Shown here: positions 39,570 through 48,890 of the stretch, in pieces | Layout: each line of letters begins with the position of its first letter | Position numbering within the stretch: position 1 is the first letter of the stretch | DNA from: an uncultured bacterium | Lineage (GTDB): Bacteria; Oederibacteriota; JAAXVQ01 | Assembly: GCA_964604705.1 (NCBI GenBank) | Contig: CAZSAP010000001.1 | Span: 363,500 to 427,499 of the forward strand | Length of the DNA stretch: 64,000 bases | Direction of reading: 5' to 3' | Program-made: the position numbers and the translations under genes | Notes under the pieces: model-generated | The model's database searches: none | Seen by the model: only the letters and a program-made list of their open reading frames with translations | Told to the model about the DNA's origin: nothing

Positions 39570-41432
39570 TTGCCCATCTTTGCATCTGGCGGGTTCATGC
39601 TCATCCCTTGGTTCGGCTTGGCCATCTTCGTCCTGGAATTGTTGGTTCGCGTCTTTCAATTCCTTTGGTTGCATCAACACCATCAACTGCCCCAAGGGGT
39701 CTGGGCCCAACTCCCATGGATCCTAGGCGCCGACCTCGGTGCCGCCCTGCTGGTCAGCTTGGTGCTCGATACCCTGCTTCCCTGGCTGCGCCAAAAAACC
39801 GCCCCCGTGTTTCAACGAGTATGGACCTTTCTCCAGTGGAGTGGCTTTGTTCTGCTCTTGATCTTTCTCGGTTTCACCTTTAAGTTCTACGCCTTATTTG
39901 AACGTTTTTTTAATTACGGGCATTGGACCCAAGTGGATCGTCTGTCCGCCTATTGGCGCAACATCTTATCCGAGGCCGATGTTTGGGCGCTGGTGGGAGC
40001 CGTTTTCCTCCTGGGCCTGATGGGACTGACGCACGTGTGCCGGAAGCATATCCCAAAACTCGCTGTCACTCAGCGTACCCGCATCTTGCTGGTGACCGGT
40101 CTCGGCACGTGCCTTTTGCTCACGAACCTTCCTGGGCACCACTGGCCGCAACACCAAGACTGGCGCTCCTTGGACGAAAATCCACTCCTTATTTTAAGCA
40201 CCTTTCTTCGTCCCGACACCGCACCGCAAGCCCCTATCCGGCACTGGACCAAAGCGCCAGCCGCTCCGGGGGTGGCATCAAAACACCTTGCCCCACTTCC
40301 CATGGCGCAGCGCCAAAACCTCAATGTCGTGATCCTCTTGCTCGAATCCATGACACCGGAATACGCCGGACTCACACGCCCCGAGAACCGCGCGTATTTG
40401 CCCAACCTCACACAATTGGCAAGTGAATCCTTGGTCTTCCCCAATCACTATTGCCAAGAGCCGGCGTCTCTAAAAAGCTTGTACACCCTCCTTACCGGGC
40501 GGTATTCGTATCAAACCCGGAACTGGAAAGCCTTCATTGCCCAGGCACAATCGGATCCATCTTTGGCCGAACGCCTTAAAACCCATGGCTACGCCACCGC
40601 CTTTTTGACCTCGGCCAATGGGCGCACTTATTCCCAAAACAATTTCCTGCGCCCGCGTTTCGATGTGCTCCAAGACATGACCGTACTCAAGCAACAGCAA
40701 CCCAAGCTCCAGCTCTTCTCCGATTGTGTGGATGATCGCGCCCTGATCGGGGCTTTGGATCAATACGTAAAGGACCAGGCCGGCCGAAAATTCTTTGTCC
40801 TGCTCAGCCCCTACTTCCCCCACCACCCCTATCCCATTCCCGACCTGAAATTCAAAGTCACTCCGGGTAAAACACCGTATCAACGATACCAAAATTCCCT
40901 GCATTTCACCGACGATCTCGTTGGAAAACTCATCGCGGTTTTAAACCGGCAAGGCGTCTTGGACAATACTTTGTTGGTGGTGGTTTCGGATCATGGAGAA
41001 GCGTTTCATCAACATCCCGGAAATTATCTGCATTCTATCTTTTTATATGAAGAAAACGTGCGGACGGTTTTCATGGTACGCCAACCAAGATTGCTTCGAC
41101 CCGGAATTGACCCAAGGCTCACGTCGCATACTGACATAGCCCCCACCCTTCTTGATCTGCTGGGTTTTCCGGATTCGGATTTTGATGGTATGAGTCTTTT
41201 GGACTCTGCGACTGCACTTCGTCCGGTCTTTTTTTATACGGCGTTTAACGACACCCGCTTGGGATTGCGCGAGCAAGCCTGGAAATACATCCTCACCCGG
41301 GAGCACGGTTTGGAAGAACTCTACGACCTTAGCACCGATCCGGGTGAACGCACCAACCTGGCGCCTCGTTATCCTGAGCGTTGCGCGCGTTACCGTAAAG
41401 AACTGGATGCACTCGAGGAAAAAATCCGCTAA
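39570..41432 (+). CDS. Membrane-anchored sulfatase-family protein (LTA-synthase/phosphoglycerol-transferase-like)
   Basis: 620 aa. N-terminal multi-TM region and a C-terminal alkaline-phosphatase-superfamily domain with VVVSDHGEAF. Confidence 0.7.
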   Translation: MPIFASGGFMLIPWFGLAIFVLELLVRVFQFLWLHQHHQLPQGVWAQLPWILGADLGAALLVSLVLDTLLPWLRQKTAPVFQRVWTFLQWSGFVLLLIFLGFTFKFYALFERFFNYGHWTQVDRLSAYWRNILSEADVWALVGAVFLLGLMGLTHVCRKHIPKLAVTQRTRILLVTGLGTCLLLTNLPGHHWPQHQDWRSLDENPLLILSTFLRPDTAPQAPIRHWTKAPAAPGVASKHLAPLPMAQRQNLNVVILLLESMTPEYAGLTRPENRAYLPNLTQLASESLVFPNHYCQEPASLKSLYTLLTGRYSYQTRNWKAFIAQAQSDPSLAERLKTHGYATAFLTSANGRTYSQNNFLRPRFDVLQDMTVLKQQQPKLQLFSDCVDDRALIGALDQYVKDQAGRKFFVLLSPYFPHHPYPIPDLKFKVTPGKTPYQRYQNSLHFTDDLVGKLIAVLNRQGVLDNTLLVVVSDHGEAFHQHPGNYLHSIFLYEENVRTVFMVRQPRLLRPGIDPRLTSHTDIAPTLLDLLGFPDSDFDGMSLLDSATALRPVFFYTAFNDTRLGLREQAWKYILTREHGLEELYDLSTDPGERTNLAPRYPERCARYRKELDALEEKIR

Positions 41433-41515
41433 CAACCTCACCATTTTCTTATGCTTTTCAAATCCGAATTGGCTTATTGCTAACACAATCCTAACACTTC
41501 CTGCGATATGTGGGA

Positions 41516-41544
41516 TTGACGCCCGGTTTTAAACGGAGTATAAT
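41516..41544 (+). promoter_or_regulatory. Consensus sigma-70-type promoter for the DUF47-pitA operon
   Basis: TTGACG (41516-21), then a 17-nt spacer, then TATAAT (41539-44). It predicts a ~160-nt leader. Confidence 0.5.
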
Positions 41545-41712
41545 CCGCCCCATGCTTTTCTAGGACACAATCATTAACTCTCGAAAATTAAAGCTTAGTA
41601 CGAAGGTTAGATCGCAGGGTTTGTTGTGTCTTGTTTATTTCGTTTTCATTCTAAATAGTAACCGCGAGTGCACCCTTCCCGGGTGACGTTCCGGAAGGTC
41701 AGGGAGGATGAC

Positions 41713-42345
41713 ATGTTCGAAAAATTCTTTAAGCCCGAGAACAATTTCCAAAATTTTATGCTGTGCTACGCCGACAACATTGAAAAATCCGGAGAACAAT
41801 TCGCGGCCTTTTTCCGAGCCTTCGACCCTAAAAAAGTAGATGAATGGATCAAACAGATAAAGGATTTGGAACACACCTGCGACATCAACACCCACCAGAC
41901 CATGAACTGGCTGGAAAGCACCTTCATCGTCAACTACGACCGCGAGGACATTCACCGCTTGGCTTCGGACCTGGACGACATTGTGGATTTCATGGATGCC
42001 GCAGCCACGCGTATTTCGCTCTACAACCTCACTGAAGTTCTACCCGACATTGCCAAATTGGCCGAAGTCCTAAATCTGGCCTGCAAGGAAACCGCCAAGG
42101 CCATCCGTGCGATTTCCGGTCCCAAGCTCAACCGTAAGATACTCGACATTTGCAAAAACATTAAAAACTACGAAGAAGAAGGCGACACCATCTATCACCG
42201 CGTCTTGGCTTCGTTGTTCAAGGGCGATAAAGCACCCCTGGACGTCATCAAGTTTAAAGAGATCATTGAAGAAATCGAACGTTCCTTGGATAAGTGCAAC
42301 CAAACCGCTATGAACGTGGAATCCATTATTTTCAAATACTGTTAA
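41713..42345 (+). CDS. DUF47/TIGR00153-family protein (PhoU-like; Pit accessory protein)
   Basis: ATG at 41713 with GGGAGG upstream. MFEKFFKPENNFQNFMLCYADNIEKSGEQ is typical of the DUF47 N-terminus. It directly precedes pitA. Confidence 0.75.
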   Translation: MFEKFFKPENNFQNFMLCYADNIEKSGEQFAAFFRAFDPKKVDEWIKQIKDLEHTCDINTHQTMNWLESTFIVNYDREDIHRLASDLDDIVDFMDAAATRISLYNLTEVLPDIAKLAEVLNLACKETAKAIRAISGPKLNRKILDICKNIKNYEEEGDTIYHRVLASLFKGDKAPLDVIKFKEIIEEIERSLDKCNQTAMNVESIIFKYC

Positions 42346-42357
42346 TGAGGGCGGATC

Positions 42358-43392
42358 ATGTTTGAACAGATCGCACACATTCCTTTGTATTTTTGGGTCG
42401 TCATCTTCGCAGCTTTGGCCTTTGATTTTGCCAACGGCTGGCACGACACGGCCAATGCCGTGGCCACGGCTATCTCCACCCGCGTCTTGCGTCCTTCCAC
42501 CGCCATTATCCTCTCAGCGGTTCTAAACTTCGCCGGCGCCATGCTTTCCACCAAGGTCGCCAAAACCATCGGTGGCGGTATTATTAACCCCGCCGTGGTG
42601 AGCAATGTCAACGGGGCTCATGTTATCTTGGCAGCCATGCTCGCAGCTATTGGCTGGGAAATCTATACGGTGTTCAAAGGGCTGCCTGTCTCGGGTTCAC
42701 ACGCGCTCATCGGCGGTTTGATCGGCGCCGCCATGGCCCTATACGGTCCCAGCGTGGTCATTCTTTCAGGTATTGTGAAAATACTGCTCGCCATGCTCAT
42801 CTCCCCCATCCTAGGATTTGGCCTGGGGTTTGTCATTCTTAAGATCAGCTACTTTTTCGCGTCACGCTCCAAACCCTTGCGTGTGAATAAATTTTTTGCT
42901 GGGTTGCAGATACTTACCGCTTCCGCCATGTCCCTTATGCACGGCCAAAACGACGCCCAAAAAGTCATGGGCGTGATCACCTTGCTCCTCTTTACCGGCG
43001 GCTATTTTGGGCCGGGTGAATTCAAAAACGTACAGGTACCGGTCTGGGTTATGCTTGCCTGCGCCACCTCCATGGCGTTGGGTACCGCAGTGGGTGGGCG
43101 GGCTGTCATTAAAACCCTCGGACGGGGTTTATCGCACCTTCGCCCTATCGAAGGCGCTTCGGCCGAAGCTTCCGCCTCCTTGGTCTTAGAAGGAGCGGCG
43201 GCCCTGGGTGTCCCGGTTTCCACCACGCACACCATCACGGGTTGCATCGTGGGTGTCGGCAGCGCCAAGCGCATGAAAGCCGTCAAATGGTCTGTAGGCG
43301 TACGCATTCTCTACGCGTGGGTACTGACCCTGCCCGTTACGGCAATAGCGGGTGCGTTGTTGGCGTTTTTGGCAGCCAAGCTCTTCAGCTAA
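42358..43392 (+). CDS. pitA: Inorganic phosphate transporter, PiT family
   Basis: 344 aa. GWHDTANAVATAISTRVL and GQNDAQKVMGVI are PiT signature motifs. Confidence 0.88.
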   Translation: MFEQIAHIPLYFWVVIFAALAFDFANGWHDTANAVATAISTRVLRPSTAIILSAVLNFAGAMLSTKVAKTIGGGIINPAVVSNVNGAHVILAAMLAAIGWEIYTVFKGLPVSGSHALIGGLIGAAMALYGPSVVILSGIVKILLAMLISPILGFGLGFVILKISYFFASRSKPLRVNKFFAGLQILTASAMSLMHGQNDAQKVMGVITLLLFTGGYFGPGEFKNVQVPVWVMLACATSMALGTAVGGRAVIKTLGRGLSHLRPIEGASAEASASLVLEGAAALGVPVSTTHTITGCIVGVGSAKRMKAVKWSVGVRILYAWVLTLPVTAIAGALLAFLAAKLFS

Positions 43393-43444
43393 CCTGTCGC
43401 CCTATGTGGGTCTGGCATTCATTTTCCACTGAGGTCCTGCGTCC

Positions 43445-43933
43445 ATGACGTTGTCCGATCCACTTGAGGCCCCTATTCGTCATGCGCTCGCCCCACTTCC
43501 GTCCGGTGTGACCTTGCTGGTAACCGTAGGCAATTCCCTGCGTTCCGACGATGCGGTGGGGCCTTACCTTGCCGATCGTCTAGCACTGCGTCATCCGGGA
43601 TACCGCCTGCTCCATGTCGGCCATCAACCCGAATCCATGCTCGAAGATGCACCCCCACTCAACCCTAAAAAAATCATTATTCTGGATGCGGCCGAATTCC
43701 AGGGGGTGCCTGGCGAGATCCGCCTCCTCCCGCCCGAAGCGATTCCCCAAAACGCACTTGGCACCCATTCACTTTCCTTAAGCACCCTGGCGCTTACGCT
43801 GCGCCAAACGCTCGGCGCCGAGGTCCACTTTGTAGGCATTCAACCCGTATGTTTTGCTTGGGGTGAAACGCTTTCCCCAGCCGTCCAAGCCAGTGCCGAT
43901 CGCTTGTTGCGCTTTTTCAACGACCTTGTCTAA
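43445..43933 (+). CDS. Hydrogenase maturation endopeptidase (HyaD/HybD/HycI family)
   Basis: 162 aa. LLVTVGNSLRSDDAVGPYLADRL matches the GN-x-L-x-x-DDG-x-G family motif. No hydrogenase gene is in the window. Confidence 0.7.
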   Translation: MTLSDPLEAPIRHALAPLPSGVTLLVTVGNSLRSDDAVGPYLADRLALRHPGYRLLHVGHQPESMLEDAPPLNPKKIIILDAAEFQGVPGEIRLLPPEAIPQNALGTHSLSLSTLALTLRQTLGAEVHFVGIQPVCFAWGETLSPAVQASADRLLRFFNDLV

Positions 43934-43969
43934 CACCCCACTTCCCCGCCCTGTCCGGATGTTTAAATG

Positions 43970-43998
43970 CTTGACAGGCAGCCGACTTCTACGCTAGA
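43970..43998 (+). promoter_or_regulatory. Sigma-70-type promoter for the ilv leader
   Basis: TTGACA (43970-75), then an 18-nt spacer, then TAGACT (43994-99). The leader ATG is 30 nt downstream. Confidence 0.45.
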
Positions 43999-44030
43999 CT
44001 ACGTCCAATTCTTTGGATCGAGGATCCCTA

Positions 44031-44117
44031 ATGCAGCGCAAACTTACGGCGACAACTCAAGTAGTATCCTGCTTACTGGTAGTAGTAAGCGTAGCCGTAG
44101 TAGCGTACGCGCCATAG
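44031..44117 (+). CDS. ilvBN leader peptide (28 aa, Val/Leu-rich) for transcription attenuation
   Basis: AGGAT RBS then ATG. MQRKLTATTQVVSCLLVVVSVAVVAYAP with 9 Val among 17 consecutive residues. It is followed by a terminator hairpin and ilvB. Confidence 0.7.
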   Translation: MQRKLTATTQVVSCLLVVVSVAVVAYAP

Positions 44118-44148
44118 GGGATACTGAAGAGACCAAAATTTCTCAAAA

Positions 44149-44185
44149 CCCCTGCTGGTGCGAACCGGCGGGGGTTTTGCTTTTT
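44149..44185 (+). terminator. Attenuator terminator between the ilv leader and ilvB
   Basis: cccctgctgg-tgcgaa-ccggcggggg (10-bp stem with 2 G-U pairs) then ttttgcttttt. Alternative pairing of gccatagggg (44111-20, overlapping the leader stop) with the 5' arm gives a plausible antiterminator. Confidence 0.65.
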
Positions 44186-44237
44186 CCACCCCTTTTCCGG
44201 TTCCAGTGGTTTAGGGGTATCTGAAAGGAGTTTGACC

Positions 44238-45917
44238 ATGTTTCAAGAAACAGGTGCCAATCTTATTGTCCGTCTGCTCGAACGCCAAGGAATCCGGATC
44301 GTCACCGGCATTCCCGGCGGCATGAACCTTCCGCTTTATGACGCGTTTTCCAAAAGTACGGTCATCAAACATGTCTTGGCCCGGCATGAACAAGGGGCGG
44401 GATTCATGGCCCAAGGCATGACCCGTTCCACGGGCAAACCCGCAGTCTGCCTGGCCACTTCCGGCCCTGGGGCTACGAACATTCTCACGGCCATTGCCGA
44501 TGCCAAATTGGATTCCATTCCGATCATCTGCATCACCGGCCAAGTGCCAGTGCCTTTGATCGGTACGGACGCGTTTCAAGAAGTCGACACCTACGGCATG
44601 ACGCTTCCCATTACCAAACACAATTTCCTGGTGCGCAATGCCTCCGAGTTGCTCACGGTCATTCCCGACGCCTTCCGCATCGCCCTCTCCGGCCGTCCGG
44701 GACCTGTGCTTATCGATGTGCCGAAGGATGTACAGAATCAAACGGTCTCCTTTGACGCCTGGCCTGAACCCGGGGTTGCGGTCCCCACACCCCAAACCAC
44801 GACCAATGATTTGGCCTTGGCCGCCAAACTGATCAACGAAGCGCAACGCCCCATGTTCTACTTGGGCGGCGGCGTGGTGCATGCCGAAGCCTGGGAGCTG
44901 ATGCGCACCATCGTGGACAAAACCAACATCCCCTCGGTCATGTCGTTGTTGGGTTTGGGCATCTTGCCTTCGGATCACCCGCGTTCGCTGGGCATGCTGG
45001 GCATGCACGGCGCCCGCTACGCCAACTGGGCGTTGGAAGAATGCGACGTGCTGGTGGCCATCGGCAGCCGCTTTGGCGACCGTGCCACGGGCAAAGTCGC
45101 CCAATTTTGTCCTCAGGCCAAAATCATCCACTTTGACATTGACCCGAGCGAGATGGACAAGATCAAGAAAGTCGACCTCTCGATCCTCGGCGATGTGCGC
45201 GACACGTTGAGTGCGTTGCTCCCCAAACTGGAGGCCAATGACCGCACAGCTTGGCTGGCGCGGGTGGCGGCTTTGAAAAAAGAACATCCTTTGTATCCTG
45301 AGGCTGAGAATCTGGATCCGGCAGGCTTGATCCGCACCGTAGGACGTCTGCTCCCGGAAAACGCCATTATCTCCACCGACGTGGGGCAGCATCAAATGTG
45401 GACCGCCCAAAATTATCCCCACCGCCAACCGCGCTGCTGGATGACCTCCGCCGGTTTGGGAACCATGGGGTTCGGCGTGCCCGCGGCCATTGGGGCGGCT
45501 TTGGCTCATCCCGATCGTACGGTGGTAAGCTTTTCAGGGGATGGAAGCTTGTTGATGAACATTCAGGAAATGGCCACCATGGTGGAGGAAGACTTGAATG
45601 TGAAAATCATTCTTTTCGACAATCAAGCCTTAGGCTTGGTCCACCAACAGCAGGACTTGTTTTTTGGCAAACGGTACTTCGCGTCCAACTTTAAATTTAA
45701 GACCGATTTCATTCGCATTGCGCAAGGATTTGGACTGCGCGCCTTGACCTTGAACGGTTCAACCGAACCCGAATTCCTGCTGGAAGAAGCCTTGCGCATG
45801 AAAGGCCCCTTCTTGATTCACGTGCCCATGGATGTGCACGACAAGGTTTTCCCCATGGTTCCACCCGGGGCTGCGAATAAAGACATGATGGGAGGTGACA
45901 CCCATGACCGCGCCTAA
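44238..45917 (+). CDS. ilvB: Acetolactate synthase large subunit
   Basis: ATG at 44238 with AAAGGAG 7 nt upstream. TPP enzyme motifs GIPGG, GPGATN and GSRFGDRATG. Confidence 0.9.
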   Translation: MFQETGANLIVRLLERQGIRIVTGIPGGMNLPLYDAFSKSTVIKHVLARHEQGAGFMAQGMTRSTGKPAVCLATSGPGATNILTAIADAKLDSIPIICITGQVPVPLIGTDAFQEVDTYGMTLPITKHNFLVRNASELLTVIPDAFRIALSGRPGPVLIDVPKDVQNQTVSFDAWPEPGVAVPTPQTTTNDLALAAKLINEAQRPMFYLGGGVVHAEAWELMRTIVDKTNIPSVMSLLGLGILPSDHPRSLGMLGMHGARYANWALEECDVLVAIGSRFGDRATGKVAQFCPQAKIIHFDIDPSEMDKIKKVDLSILGDVRDTLSALLPKLEANDRTAWLARVAALKKEHPLYPEAENLDPAGLIRTVGRLLPENAIISTDVGQHQMWTAQNYPHRQPRCWMTSAGLGTMGFGVPAAIGAALAHPDRTVVSFSGDGSLLMNIQEMATMVEEDLNVKIILFDNQALGLVHQQQDLFFGKRYFASNFKFKTDFIRIAQGFGLRALTLNGSTEPEFLLEEALRMKGPFLIHVPMDVHDKVFPMVPPGAANKDMMGGDTHDRA

Positions 45918-46197
45918 ATCCCAACAAACGGTTTTGGAACTCACAGTCAACAATCATCCGGGCGTTATGTCCCACGTGGTTGGCCTGTTTTCGCGGCGGG
46001 CGTTTAATGTCGAAGGAATCTTATGCATGCCGGTTACGGACACCGACACCAGCCGGATTTGGCTGCTGGTAAACAACGACGAGCGCTTGGAACAATTGAT
46101 CAAGCAATTGGAAAAACTACAGGATGTCAAAGAGGTACGCCCCAGCGGCGCCTCGCATGATGTCTTTGTACGCTTAGAAAACTTGTTTAACCCTTAA
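45895..46197 (+). CDS. ilvN: Acetolactate synthase small (regulatory) subunit, short ACT-domain form
   Basis: QQTVLELTVNNHPGVMSHVVGLFSRRAFNVEGI ACT domain. It overlaps the ilvB stop. The start is GTG at 45895 or ATG at 45904. Confidence 0.8.
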   Translation: MTPMTAPKSQQTVLELTVNNHPGVMSHVVGLFSRRAFNVEGILCMPVTDTDTSRIWLLVNNDERLEQLIKQLEKLQDVKEVRPSGASHDVFVRLENLFNP

Positions 46198-46214
46198 GAC
46201 AAGATCACACGTTT

Positions 46215-46350
46215 GCGTGGAGGTAGGACTGTGTGGTTGGAAAAGCCTCAGAGGAAATCCTTATCAACAGAGGATTTCCGATGCGGAACGAACCTCTCCG
46301 AGGTGAGTACCTTTTCCAACCACACAGTCCTACCTCCACGCATTTTTTCA
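46215..46350 (+). terminator. Giant palindromic hairpin (31-bp perfect stem) plus T-tract downstream of ilvN
   Basis: gcgtggaggtaggactgtgtggttggaaaag (46215-45) is the exact reverse complement of 46311-41. A nested 9-bp hairpin ggaaatcct/aggatttcc sits at 46253-79. It is followed by cattttttc. Confidence 0.6.
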
Positions 46351-46467
46351 ACAAACCTGTTAGACAGCCCCCTTTTTTTCAGCTACAATTCATGAGTTTT
46401 TTAAAATTTCAACCACTGCCTTACGCCGGCTGCACGCGCCTGGCGTAGGCCCGGAGAGGATTCGATC

Positions 46468-48372
46468 ATGAGCCTGTTAAAGAAAATCGGTTGGGGGTTA
46501 CTTTGCCTACTGGGCGCGGGTGCGTTTGCCATGGTCGCCGGGTGGCTCCATCCGGCCGAGAAAGTCAATGCCCTCTGGATCGTCACAGCCGCCGCTTGTT
46601 TTTATGTCATTTCCTACCGATTTTACGCAGCGTTTGTAATGTCCAAGGTGCTTTCCATAGACGACACCCGCATCACTCCGGCCTATCGACTCAACGACGG
46701 CATCGACTACCATCCCACCAACCGCTGGGTCCTTTTCGGACACCACTTCGCGGCCATCGCCGGTGCCGGTCCGTTGATCGGCCCCATGTTGGCGGCCCAA
46801 TTTGGCTATCTTCCCGGCTTCCTCTGGATCCTCATCGGTTCGGTCTTTGCCGGGGCCGTGCACGACACGGTCATCCTGGCCGCGTCGGTTAAGCGCGATG
46901 GGCAGTCACTGGCCCAAATCGCCAAAGCCGAGATCGGCCCGATTGGGGGCGCGGCTGCCTCCCTGGCGGTTATTTTCATCATCATCGTGGCCTTGGCGGG
47001 TTTAGGTCTGGCCGTGGTCAACGCTCTTTCTGAAAGCCCCTGGGGTACGTTCACCATCGCCATCACCATCCCGATTGCTTTTTGCATGGGCATCTATCTA
47101 AAATACCTGCGCCCCGGAAAAGTAGGCGAAGTAAGTGTGATCGGAGTCTTCCTACTTACGGGTGCCGTCATTGCCGGCCATTGGATCCCCGGATCGCCGC
47201 TCGAACCCTACTTCACGCTCTCCCGCAACAGCATGGTCTTGGCCATGGCACTCTATGGACTTTTGGCTTCCATTCTTCCCGTCTGGATGCTGCTCTGCCC
47301 TCGCGACTATCTCTCCACCTATATGAAAATAGGCACGATTGTCCTCTTGGCCATCGGCATTGTGTTCATGGCCCCCCAGGTGCAGATGCCGGCCTTCACA
47401 ACGTTCATTCATGGCGGAGGACCCATCATCCCCGGAAAGCTCTTTCCGTTTATGTTTATCACCATCGCCTGTGGCGCCATATCCGGATTTCACTCACTCA
47501 TCTCTTCAGGCACCACACCCAAGATGATCATGCATGAACGCGAAATTAAGATGATCGGGTTTGGCGCCATGCTGACCGAAGGGTTCGTGGGCATGATGGC
47601 GTTGATCGCAGCCACGATCCTTATTCCCGGCGATTACTTTGCCATCAACACCAAGCTGACGTTCGAACAATTGGCGGCCATGGGATTCCCGGTCAAAGAG
47701 ATCATGCAGCTCTCACAAGAAATCGGAGTCAATGTCGTAGGACGCCCGGGCGGGGCGGTCTCGCTGGCGGTGGGCATGGCCACCATCTTGGACGACATCC
47801 CCGGCATGAAAGGACTCATCGCCTACTGGTACAATTTCGCCCTTATGTTTGAAGCCCTGTTTATTCTAACCACCGTGGACACCGGCACCCGGGTCGCACG
47901 GTTTCTACTCCAGGATATGGGTGGTTATGTATTCAAACCTTTGCGCCAACGTTCCTGGATGCCAGGCATCATTGTCACCAGTCTCATGGTCGTAGTTTCT
48001 TGGGCGTATCTTATTTATTCTGGCAGTGTATCAACCATATGGCCCATGTTTGGAGTAAGCAACCAACTTTTGGCGGCGGTCGCGCTGGGAATCGGCTCGG
48101 TGATCATCATTAAGGAAGGCAAAGGCAAGTATGTCTGGGTCACGTTGCTGCCCATGGCATTTATGTTCGTGACGACCCTTACGGCGTCTTGGGAACTATG
48201 GGGTTTGTTCTTAGGCAAAGCAGCGGCCGCCACGGATCCGAGCGCCGCCCGAACCTTTAAAATCGATGCAGGCTTGGTTGCCCTGATGGCGCTTTTGGCC
48301 ATTGTGGTGCTCATTGATTTGCTGATCAAAGGCATACAAGCATGGAAGACCAAACCCGCCATGCAAGCGTAA
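46468..48372 (+). CDS. cstA: Carbon starvation protein A (peptide/pyruvate transporter family)
   Basis: 634 aa. MSLLKKIGWGLLCLLGAGAFAM...YRFYAAFV is a CstA-typical N-terminus. Confidence 0.88.
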   Translation: MSLLKKIGWGLLCLLGAGAFAMVAGWLHPAEKVNALWIVTAAACFYVISYRFYAAFVMSKVLSIDDTRITPAYRLNDGIDYHPTNRWVLFGHHFAAIAGAGPLIGPMLAAQFGYLPGFLWILIGSVFAGAVHDTVILAASVKRDGQSLAQIAKAEIGPIGGAAASLAVIFIIIVALAGLGLAVVNALSESPWGTFTIAITIPIAFCMGIYLKYLRPGKVGEVSVIGVFLLTGAVIAGHWIPGSPLEPYFTLSRNSMVLAMALYGLLASILPVWMLLCPRDYLSTYMKIGTIVLLAIGIVFMAPQVQMPAFTTFIHGGGPIIPGKLFPFMFITIACGAISGFHSLISSGTTPKMIMHEREIKMIGFGAMLTEGFVGMMALIAATILIPGDYFAINTKLTFEQLAAMGFPVKEIMQLSQEIGVNVVGRPGGAVSLAVGMATILDDIPGMKGLIAYWYNFALMFEALFILTTVDTGTRVARFLLQDMGGYVFKPLRQRSWMPGIIVTSLMVVVSWAYLIYSGSVSTIWPMFGVSNQLLAAVALGIGSVIIIKEGKGKYVWVTLLPMAFMFVTTLTASWELWGLFLGKAAAATDPSAARTFKIDAGLVALMALLAIVVLIDLLIKGIQAWKTKPAMQA

Positions 48373-48412
48373 CGTGACATCAACCGTGGGTTAGCCTCCC
48401 TCTTGAAACCAG

Positions 48413-48820
48413 TCAGTGCAATCCGTTTTGGTTAAAAAACGCGACATACTCCTGATCGGTTTTCAGTATATGGTTCTGCAACCAGTCTCGGAGAAACGTC
48501 AAGATCTCAAACGAAAGCACAAACCCGGCTTTCGCCACGCGTTTTTTTAAATCCAAGGCCTTGGCCTCAAAACGGCGGTGTTCTTCCTTATGCGTCGAAT
48601 ATCCCGAATAGTTGAATTGTTTCATGTATTTTTCTTCGGTCGCAAAATGCACCATGGCGTAACTCACCATGCCGTCAATAATAAACTTCTGAACTTCCCG
48701 CCCCCGGTTATTCTTCATGGCTTCATCCAACAAGTTTATCCGTTCAATTAAAATTTTATGCTGACTATCCAATTCCTCCACCTTTACACTGAACGACTCA
48801 GTCCACTCAATGATTGACAT
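48413..48820 (-). CDS. Hemerythrin-like (bacteriohemerythrin) protein
   Basis: 135 aa. H...HF..EE...H...H...D metal-ligand pattern (HFATEE, HKEEHRRF). Confidence 0.75.
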   Translation of the reverse strand: MSIIEWTESFSVKVEELDSQHKILIERINLLDEAMKNNRGREVQKFIIDGMVSYAMVHFATEEKYMKQFNYSGYSTHKEEHRRFEAKALDLKKRVAKAGFVLSFEILTFLRDWLQNHILKTDQEYVAFFNQNGLH

Positions 48821-48890
48821 GTCCCCTCCCCCTAGTCGTAATAACCACGCCGTCTTCCTTTTAACACTGCCCCATCCTATTTCGTAACCA

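Noticed and set aside
44211-45509. 432-aa minus-strand ORF
   Set aside because: It is antisense to ilvB and has no motifs.
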